Assembly: GCA_003972865.1 (NCBI GenBank)
Contig: QOAX01000295.1
Coordinates: forward strand, 1-33,288
DNA: 33,288 nucleotides
Reading direction: 5' to 3'
DNA from: Verrucomicrobiota bacterium
GTDB taxonomy: Bacteria; Verrucomicrobiota; Verrucomicrobiia; Limisphaerales; UBA1096
The notes beneath the pieces were generated by a model, which had not been told where the DNA came from, made no database searches, and saw only the letters and a program-made list of their open reading frames with translations. Shown here in pieces: positions 21,576-27,974 of the stretch; position 1 is the first letter of the stretch; every line of letters starts with the position of its first letter. A program made the translations under genes and the position numbers.

Positions 21576-22025
21576 TTAGATTTCACGAACCACCACCCGT
21601 TTGCCTTCAACGGCGACCACCCGGATGGGGGTGTCCTTGTCGATCATCGTGCCCTCGGTGACCACATCCAAGCGCTCGTCGCCGATGGTGGCCTTGCCGG
21701 ACGGACGCAGGTTTGTGTAGGCCAACCCAGTTTGATTAACCAATTCTGATAAGTCAATACCCAAATCACCCACGGTGGACGTGGAGGTGAGTTTCCGCCC
21801 CATGAACGAGTTCGGGAACCAGTACACGAAGCCGACCGCGAACACAGCCAGCGATACGAGGGCGATGACGAGAAAGATGTTGCCGTGGTCGGTGTTCGCA
21901 TACGCCACGGCCACCGAGGCGATCAAGCTGAGAATAGCACAGGCACCGAGCACCATGCCCGGCAGCAGAACCTCAAAGAACATCAGCACGAAGCCGATGA
22001 CGAGAAGTGCGATTGCCAGTTGCAT
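21576..22025 (-). CDS. nfeD: NfeD family membrane protein (short form)
   Basis: Three TM helices followed by the OB-fold motif GLAYTNLRPSGKATIGDERLDVVTEG; adjacent to floA. Confidence 0.85.
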   Translation of the reverse strand: MQLAIALLVIGFVLMFFEVLLPGMVLGACAILSLIASVAVAYANTDHGNIFLVIALVSLAVFAVGFVYWFPNSFMGRKLTSTSTVGDLGIDLSELVNQTGLAYTNLRPSGKATIGDERLDVVTEGTMIDKDTPIRVVAVEGKRVVVREI

Positions 22026-22105
22026 GCCCCTTTTATTATGCCAAGCCAGCGTGTTTGGCAATTACAAACGACCGCTTTCTTTGAATCGCCCGGCCAGAGG
22101 TCCGG

Positions 22106-23098
22106 TCAGTCGATGGCTTTGCAGAATGTATCCACCCCAGCCACCGCGGCGTCCTGCTCCGCCTGGCCAAGCGGCCACTCGGCGGCCCGGACGGTCTCGG
22201 CAATCTGGCCCCTACGCCGTGCGCCGACGATGGCCGAGGTGATCTCCGGCCGGCGCAGCGTCCATGCCACGGCGAGCTGCGAGACGGTGTGTCCGCTTGG
22301 CTCGGCGATCGCCCTGAGTTGGTCCACCAGTTGCAGGAACGGCTCGAGCTTGGGCGGGCGGAGTAGGGAGGCCACCGGGTGATCCTCCTGCTTGTGGCGG
22401 CGCCAGTCGTTCTCCGGCAGGCTGTCAATCCACTCGCGGGTGACCTTGCCGGTGAGCAGGCCGCTCTCCATCGGGCTGTAGCAGACGATGCCGCAGTTGT
22501 TTTCGCGACACCAATCCATCTGCCCTTCGTCCTCGATTTGGCGGTTGAGCAGGCTGTAGCGCGGTTGCAACGAGGAGACCGGGCCAAGCGCGGCAGCGCG
22601 GCCGAGCTGGCTTGCCGAGTAGTTGCTGACGCCCGGCCAGCGAATCTTCCCCTGCGCCTGCAGGTCGAGCAGTGTCTGCCATGCCTCCTCGATGTTCTCG
22701 TCCGGTTCCGGCCAGTGGAGCTGGTAAAGATCGATCGTCTCCACCTGCAGCCGGCGCAGCGAGCCCTCCACCTCCTCGAGGATGATTTCTCGCGAGGCGA
22801 AGCGGCGTGGAGTTTTGTCGTCGTTGGGCAACACGCCGCACTTGGTGGCGACAATGACCGGCTGCCCCCATTCCCTGAGCGCCTTGCCGACCACCTCCTC
22901 CGACAGCCCGAAGCCGTAGGCGTACGCGGTGTCAATCCAGTTGATGCCGGCTTCCAGTCCCTCGAGGATCGACCCGATCGAGTCCTTCTCTTCCTGCGGA
23001 CCCCAGCCCATGCCCCAGCCGCCGCCGCCGATGGCCCAGGTGCCGAAGCCGATCGGGGTCAGGTCGAGATTCGTGTTTCCAAGTCTGCGGGTTTCCAT
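22106..23098 (-). CDS. Aldo/keto reductase
   Basis: IGFGTWAIGG, IDTAYAYG, ATKCG, IDLYQLHWP, GVSN, YSPMESGLLTG. Confidence 0.93.
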   Translation of the reverse strand: METRRLGNTNLDLTPIGFGTWAIGGGGWGMGWGPQEEKDSIGSILEGLEAGINWIDTAYAYGFGLSEEVVGKALREWGQPVIVATKCGVLPNDDKTPRRFASREIILEEVEGSLRRLQVETIDLYQLHWPEPDENIEEAWQTLLDLQAQGKIRWPGVSNYSASQLGRAAALGPVSSLQPRYSLLNRQIEDEGQMDWCRENNCGIVCYSPMESGLLTGKVTREWIDSLPENDWRRHKQEDHPVASLLRPPKLEPFLQLVDQLRAIAEPSGHTVSQLAVAWTLRRPEITSAIVGARRRGQIAETVRAAEWPLGQAEQDAAVAGVDTFCKAID

Positions 23099-23161
23099 TC
23101 GGACGCGGATCATAAGGGCAGTCGCCGCGCGAGAAAAGCCGGATGGGGTGGGGCATTAAAC

Positions 23162-23190
23162 TTGCCATCACGGTTATGCGCGACTAGGTT
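23162..23190 (+). promoter_or_regulatory. Putative sigma70 promoter of tRNA-Lys
   Basis: TTGCCA (23162-67), 17-bp spacer, TAGGTT (23185-90), followed by a GC-rich discriminator-like GCGCCCGC. Confidence 0.5.
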
Positions 23191-23221
23191 GCGCCCGCTT
23201 CCGGGGCAAACCCGGACCCTT

Positions 23222-23296
23222 GGGTTGGTAGCTCAATGGTAGAGCAGCGGCCTTTTAAGCCGTTGGCTGTGGGTTCGAGTCCCACCCGACCCACCA
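23222..23296 (+). tRNA. tRNA-Lys (anticodon TTT)
   Basis: Acceptor stem GGGTTGG/CCGACCC, D-arm GCTC-AATGGTA-GAGC, anticodon loop CTTTTAA, T-arm GTGGG-TTCGAGT-CCCAC, encoded CCA. Confidence 0.97.
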
Positions 23297-23365
23297 TTAA
23301 AAACCTTCGGTGTTTAAAAGTTAAACGAGGGTTCCGGCCCTTCTTAAGCCGCCAAAGCCATCTGT

Positions 23366-23385
23366 TTCATTGACAGTTCATTGAC
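23366..23385 (+). repeat. Tandem direct repeat TTCATTGAC x2, candidate integrase arm-type sites
   Basis: Copies at 23366-23374 and 23377-23385, between the tRNA 3' end and the integrase start. Confidence 0.5.
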
Positions 23386-23417
23386 GTTTAGAAACTCAAA
23401 AACTGGAACTGAATACG

Positions 23418-24530
23418 ATGCGCCCCTCTAAAATCCGGGTAGCAAAATACGAGCACTCAGCAACTTCGAAGTGGGTTGTTGAAGGCCTCAAGAGCAGCAA
23501 GGGCAAACGTTCTCGGAAGTTCTTCCGCTCAAGGGCTGAAGCAGATGACTTCGCGCGAGATGCCCTTGAAGAGCAGCGCCAGTATGGCCACAAAGCCCAG
23601 CACCTGCCCCACGAGTTAAGGCTCTCTGCAATCCAATGTGCCGAGAAGTTAAGCGTCTACGATAAATCGCTTGAGGAGGCAACTGAGGCACTTTTAGAGC
23701 GCCTCCGAGTATCCCAACGCTCCTGCAGCTTAAACAAGCTTGTGTCGGAGTATCTGAGGAGCAAGCAGGACAAAGGCCTCAGCAGACGCCATCTTCAAGA
23801 TCTTAAGAACAGGCTAGGGAAATTCGCCAGTTTCGCAGGCGAGAAGACGGCGTCTGAGATCAAACCCGAGCAGATCGAGCAGTGGCTCCAGCAATTCGGA
23901 GGTGAGAACCACAACAACTACCTTCAAAGACTCCACGGACTCTTCAACTACGGGATCAAGCGTGGGTATCTTGCGGAGAACCCCACAAAGGCCATTGATA
24001 AAGTGAAGGTAGCCGAGACGGAGCCAGCTATCTTCGCCCCAGAAGAAATCAAAGCGCTCCTTAACGCAATCCCTAGCAGGGCAGTTCCCTACTTCTCCAT
24101 AGGCGCTTTCGCGGGACTGCGCCCCAGAGAAATCGAGCGGCTAGACTGGGCGGAGATTCACCTGGAGGAAGGCTACATCCGAGTGCGCCCCAAAGTTGCG
24201 AAGACTGCGAGCAACCGCCTCGTAGACATCCAACCCAACCTTCGAGCATGGCTAAATCCGCTGACCCGAGAAAATGGCCCTGTGACGCCACCCAACCTCC
24301 GTAAAATCAGAGAGGCCTCCCAGCGCAAGATCGGCTTAACCCGATGGCCTCAAGACGGACTCCGCCATAGCTACGCAAGCTATCACCTCGCCCATTTCAA
24401 AAACATAAATGACCTAGCAACACAAATGGGGCACACAGACACAAAACTCATCTTCAGACACTACAGAAGCGTTGTTACAAAAGATGAAGCGTACAAATTC
24501 TGGAAGATAGAGCCAGCGGAGCTAGCGTAG
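23418..24530 (+). CDS. Tyrosine recombinase / phage-type integrase
   Basis: AGLRPREI (Arg), AKT (Lys), DGLRHSYASY, MGH, RHY catalytic pattern; N-terminal KRSRKFFRSRAEA arm-binding-like region. Confidence 0.93.
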   Translation: MRPSKIRVAKYEHSATSKWVVEGLKSSKGKRSRKFFRSRAEADDFARDALEEQRQYGHKAQHLPHELRLSAIQCAEKLSVYDKSLEEATEALLERLRVSQRSCSLNKLVSEYLRSKQDKGLSRRHLQDLKNRLGKFASFAGEKTASEIKPEQIEQWLQQFGGENHNNYLQRLHGLFNYGIKRGYLAENPTKAIDKVKVAETEPAIFAPEEIKALLNAIPSRAVPYFSIGAFAGLRPREIERLDWAEIHLEEGYIRVRPKVAKTASNRLVDIQPNLRAWLNPLTRENGPVTPPNLRKIREASQRKIGLTRWPQDGLRHSYASYHLAHFKNINDLATQMGHTDTKLIFRHYRSVVTKDEAYKFWKIEPAELA

Positions 24531-24592
24531 GGAGGTAATTTCATAACGTAGGGACAAAGAGTCCTATTTTAAAGTTTTTTTATTTTTTTGTA

Positions 24593-24620
24593 TTGACAGG
24601 GCTCTAAGGGCTGGCAATAT
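24593..24620 (+). promoter_or_regulatory. Putative promoter for the helicase operon
   Basis: Perfect TTGACA (24593-98) after a T-rich UP-like tract; TGnCAATAT extended -10-like element 16 bp downstream. Confidence 0.5.
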
Positions 24621-24664
24621 AGGCTGGGGCGTAACGCCCCAAGACACTTAAGCCCTAAATAAAA

Positions 24665-26215
24665 ATGAACAATAACAAAGACGGTGAGCCGCAGAGGCAA
24701 AGTAAACAAGACACCCATCCAGTAGTTTGGTTAAACGAAAAATATCCAAAGGTGAGGGAGAAATATGGATTACCCCTGGACATCGCCATAGAGGGAAACA
24801 ACATAAAGATAAAAGCAATCAGCGATGAATTCTTTGCGGCTTGTCTAGCCGAGCTTGGTCAACCGAAGGCTCCTGTTGTTTTCACTCAAGGAGCGTTCTA
24901 CCGTTACAGTGCAGAGACAGGGATATTTGAACCCATCAAGGGCAGAAAAGTTGAGACAATGCTTGGTGAGATAATGAGAGGCTGCGCTGATGCTTGCGAT
25001 AACGGTGGAATGAATGATGTTAGTCCATTGATATTCAGGTTCGCCAAGAAGAGCGTACTCTCCTCCATTCGGCAACGCGCTGCCGCCCTTGCAGAGCAGC
25101 CAGATGATTACTTCGAGGAAACTCCGAACTTCATTATTTTTGAAAACGGTGTCCTCGAACTTGAAACCGAGAAAGTCGTCGATTTCAGTCCGAAGTACAG
25201 GAGCCGAAATAGAATACCATTCCCATTTGACCCCAAATCGAAATGCGATCTTTTCCTCAATAAGCTATTAGGCGAAGCGCTGGATGAGGATCAGATCGAG
25301 TTGCTTCAAAAGGTCTGCGGCTTGGTGCTTCTTGGGGTTAATAAAGCTGAAAAAGTTTTGTTGATTCTGGGTACAGCTGGTGGCGGCAAAAGTAAAATGC
25401 TTGAAGTAATCAGCACTTTAATTGGCGACGACAATATCAGAGAGCTTAGGACGCAGCATCTGCAAAAACAGTTTGAGATAGCAGCCTATCGAGGTAAAAC
25501 GTTCCTTATCGGGTCAGATGTAAAACCTGATTTCTTGATGAGAGATGGGGCATCAACGATCAAGGCGTTGACGGGCGGTGATATGCTAACCGGCGAGGTT
25601 AAGAACGGAGGTCACATTAATATTAGGGGGATATTTAATGTCGCGATCTCAAGCAACTCGATCCTAACGGTTCATATGGAACAAGATGCGAAAGCCTGGG
25701 AACGGCGTCTTTTAGTACTGAAATATGCAAAGCCGAAAACAAACAATCCAGACCCAGACTTGGCTCGGAAGATTCTAGAGAATGAGGCCGCCGGTGTTCT
25801 GTGTTGGATGTATGAAGGATACAAGAAACTACGCGATGATAATTTTAAGTTTACTCTAAACGAAAGACTTACCCGGGACAGAGATGACATCCTCCTTGCC
25901 TCCTCCGCGCCAGAGTTGTTTGTGCGGGATTGTCTTATGGAGAAAAGTGAAGGTTCAGCATCAATGACGAAAGAAGTGGTTAGAAAGTTGTACCATGAAT
26001 ACTGCAAAGAGCGGGGTTGGCCGAAGGGGAATGCGAGGAGCTTTCCTGGGAGGATTGAGGCGGAAATTGAGAACCTCTTTGGGATTTCAGTCTCCAACAA
26101 TGTCCACCCTGAGTTAGGGACGGGGGATCAAAGGGGTTGGCATGGGATTAGGATCAAGGGTGCGGACGCCAAGGACCCCTTTTTTTCAGTCCTTAGTAAA
26201 TATTCGACTCAATAA
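24665..26215 (+). CDS. Phage/plasmid P4-family (D5-like) SF3 helicase; no N-terminal primase domain recognised
   Basis: FENGVLEL...FSPKY (D5_N-like), Walker A GTAGGGKS, IKALTGGD, SSN, AWERRLL, ENEAAGVLCW, winged-helix-like C-terminus. Confidence 0.85.
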   Translation: MNNNKDGEPQRQSKQDTHPVVWLNEKYPKVREKYGLPLDIAIEGNNIKIKAISDEFFAACLAELGQPKAPVVFTQGAFYRYSAETGIFEPIKGRKVETMLGEIMRGCADACDNGGMNDVSPLIFRFAKKSVLSSIRQRAAALAEQPDDYFEETPNFIIFENGVLELETEKVVDFSPKYRSRNRIPFPFDPKSKCDLFLNKLLGEALDEDQIELLQKVCGLVLLGVNKAEKVLLILGTAGGGKSKMLEVISTLIGDDNIRELRTQHLQKQFEIAAYRGKTFLIGSDVKPDFLMRDGASTIKALTGGDMLTGEVKNGGHINIRGIFNVAISSNSILTVHMEQDAKAWERRLLVLKYAKPKTNNPDPDLARKILENEAAGVLCWMYEGYKKLRDDNFKFTLNERLTRDRDDILLASSAPELFVRDCLMEKSEGSASMTKEVVRKLYHEYCKERGWPKGNARSFPGRIEAEIENLFGISVSNNVHPELGTGDQRGWHGIRIKGADAKDPFFSVLSKYSTQ

Positions 26216-26255
26216 AAACATGACAAGTAGTAATAAGGGGTCCGTAAGGTCCGCA
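26161..26255. repeat. Imperfect 21-bp inverted repeat around an AT-rich spacer, candidate replication origin
   Basis: TGCGGAC-gccaa-GGACCCCTT (26161-26181) versus AAGGGGTCC-gtaag-GTCCGCA (26235-26255). Confidence 0.6.
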
Positions 26256-26594
26256 GACAAATCCGATAATCCGTTACCGAGAGTTAATGAATTATCGCCA
26301 TACACAAAAGCAGAGTTCGAGATCCTCAAGCTAGCCGTTCAAGGGCACTCCCTTAAGGCCACAGCGGCCCTCCTAGGGCTTTCCGAGGATCAAGTGGCCC
26401 TTGAGACCCACGAGGATTGGTATGCCGCCAGCATCGACCCCACAGACCTTTGCCATAGGGCTATTCGAGTCCTCATGGAGTTGACTGCCTCTGAGAAATC
26501 AAAGATGGCAGCCGCCGATTCACGCAAATGCTTAAGAAAGTTTTGGGGTAAAGCATCCAAGCAATTCAATGACACCCAGATGGACATACACTGA
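26220..26594 (+). CDS. Small protein with a LuxR/sigma-region-4-like HTH
   Basis: YTKAEFEILKLAVQGHSLKATAALLGLSEDQV resembles the LuxR HTH consensus; ATG 4 bp after the helicase stop. Confidence 0.55.
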   Translation: MTSSNKGSVRSADKSDNPLPRVNELSPYTKAEFEILKLAVQGHSLKATAALLGLSEDQVALETHEDWYAASIDPTDLCHRAIRVLMELTASEKSKMAAADSRKCLRKFWGKASKQFNDTQMDIH

Positions 26595-27012
26595 GGCCAA
26601 CGCCTCCCGCTGGCGGCCCCTCTTCGACGACCTCATTGGCGGCACTCCCGCCCTTGAGGTGCCCCTCGAGGGCAACGGCAAGAGCCTCTGCTCCCTTCAC
26701 ATCCGCATCTCTGACGCCCTCAAGTGGCTTGCCGACCAGTTCAAGGCAGGCAACCCCTCCATGGAGCCTTACGCCCGCCTCAAGCGCCAGCTGCGCTACT
26801 CCACGCACGGCGCCGCCCTGCGCCTGCACCTGAAGCGGGCCCACGCCTACCGCCCCGTCCCGCACCTTGACCCAGCGCTCTGCGCCCGACTACAATCAGC
26901 CCTGCAACGACCCGATCTAAAGCCCACCACACGGGCCAAAATCGAGGCAGTCCTTAACCCAAGAAAACCCCACATACTTCCAACCGCCGAGCATGGATCA
27001 CCAGAGCAATAG
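26569..27012 (+). CDS. Hypothetical protein
   Basis: 147-aa ORF with strong C-ending codon bias, overlapping both neighbours; no family recognised. Confidence 0.55.
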   Translation: MTPRWTYTEANASRWRPLFDDLIGGTPALEVPLEGNGKSLCSLHIRISDALKWLADQFKAGNPSMEPYARLKRQLRYSTHGAALRLHLKRAHAYRPVPHLDPALCARLQSALQRPDLKPTTRAKIEAVLNPRKPHILPTAEHGSPEQ

Positions 27013-27868
27013 CAGTCGTTACGGGGCAAAGCCCCTACTGCTTTGCTTGGGGTTGCTCATGTCCATTACCGGGTTTGGACAGGAGAAGAAGCCGGCGCTC
27101 ACGTTCTTCGGATGGTCGGATCAACACACCAATACTAGCGGTGACACCTCGCGGCTTCATCCCTTCGTGGACGCCATGAACACTATGGCAGGCACCGCCT
27201 GGCCCAAGACGGTTGGTGACAAAGTGGCAAAGCCCAGCTTTGTCATTGGCGCGGGCGATATTACTGAATGGCCCACGCACGCAGCCATGAAAGGCTACGA
27301 CTCGCTCCTGAATAACCGCCTGCAATTCCCCGCCTACGATGTCCTCGGAAATCACGATGACGGTGGCCGCGCCTTTTCCCCGACCATGATCAACTGGCTT
27401 AAGAAAAAGCACGGCAGCTTAAGCTACACCTTTGAAAAAGGCGGCGTGGTCTTCATCGGCCTTTGGTCTAAGTTTGATCCCAAGGGCAAGCCCGCCCAGC
27501 CCCTGACGCAAGAAGCCCTGACATATCTTAAGGAACAACTCGCCAAGTTGTCGAAGGAGAAACCGGTGGTGATCTTCACTCATCTCTGCCATGACGCCAT
27601 GACCAACAGGGACGAACTAGTCAACACCATCGGCAAATCCAACGTCATCATGATCTTGGGCGGCCATTACCATTACTCTAGCGTGAACCAATATCGTGGG
27701 ATCAACTTTGTGCAGCTACCCTCACCCAAATCGAAAGTCACCGAGTTCACGGTCATCCGGATCACAAAAGACAGGCTCATAGCCATTCCTTATGACTTCA
27801 CCAAGAAAGCGTGGGTGTCCGAATCCAAAAAAGTGCTCGATACAAAAATCAAGGTGGTGGAGCAATGA
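26993..27868 (+). CDS. Calcineurin-like metallophosphoesterase, probably secreted
   Basis: SDQH, GAGDITE, GNHD, FTH, GGHYH motifs; hydrophobic leader LLLCLGLLMSITGFG. Confidence 0.88.
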   Translation: MDHQSNSSRYGAKPLLLCLGLLMSITGFGQEKKPALTFFGWSDQHTNTSGDTSRLHPFVDAMNTMAGTAWPKTVGDKVAKPSFVIGAGDITEWPTHAAMKGYDSLLNNRLQFPAYDVLGNHDDGGRAFSPTMINWLKKKHGSLSYTFEKGGVVFIGLWSKFDPKGKPAQPLTQEALTYLKEQLAKLSKEKPVVIFTHLCHDAMTNRDELVNTIGKSNVIMILGGHYHYSSVNQYRGINFVQLPSPKSKVTEFTVIRITKDRLIAIPYDFTKKAWVSESKKVLDTKIKVVEQ

Positions 27869-27894
27869 AACACCTCCTACTCACAACAATCGCA
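27864..27894 (+). repeat. 31-bp direct repeat, copy 1 (AATGAAACACCTCCTACTCACAACAATCGCA)
   Basis: One mismatch to 29480-29510. Confidence 0.95.
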
Positions 27895-27912
27895 GCCGTG
27901 CTGTGCCTTTAA
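27865..27912 (+). pseudogene. Truncated gene start: signal-peptide stub MKHLLLTTIAAVLCL*
   Basis: ATGA overlap with the upstream stop; the first 30 nt match the start of CDS 29481 at 29/30. Confidence 0.6.
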
Positions 27913-27974
27913 AATTACTCCATTGACGCAGAGGGATTTTGGACTACTTTTTCAGCACTAAGTTATATCGAGAA

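Larger units (their letters stand above)
23297..27012 (+). mobile_element. tRNA-Lys-integrated element (phage-satellite/integrative-plasmid-like); right boundary not found
   Basis: Sharp GC drop after the tRNA, integrase then D5/P4-type helicase, loss of the host palindrome; no attR copy seen, so the end coordinate is a minimum. Confidence 0.7.

Noticed and set aside
23335-23351. CGGCCCTTCTTAAGCCG resembles the tRNA anticodon arm CGGCCTTTTAAGCCG
   Set aside because: Short, needs two indels, and is not followed by T-arm or acceptor sequence, so it cannot be called an att duplicate.
26993-27868. Metallophosphoesterase as an anti-phage defence gene
   Set aside because: It has a secretion-like leader and no partner NTPase or effector domain; more consistent with a periplasmic hydrolase.
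27891-27912. AGCCGTGCTGTG similar to tRNA AGCCGTTGGCTGTG as a possible attR
   Set aside because: Needs a 2-bp gap, lacks the tRNA 3' end, and is explained by the signal-peptide codons.
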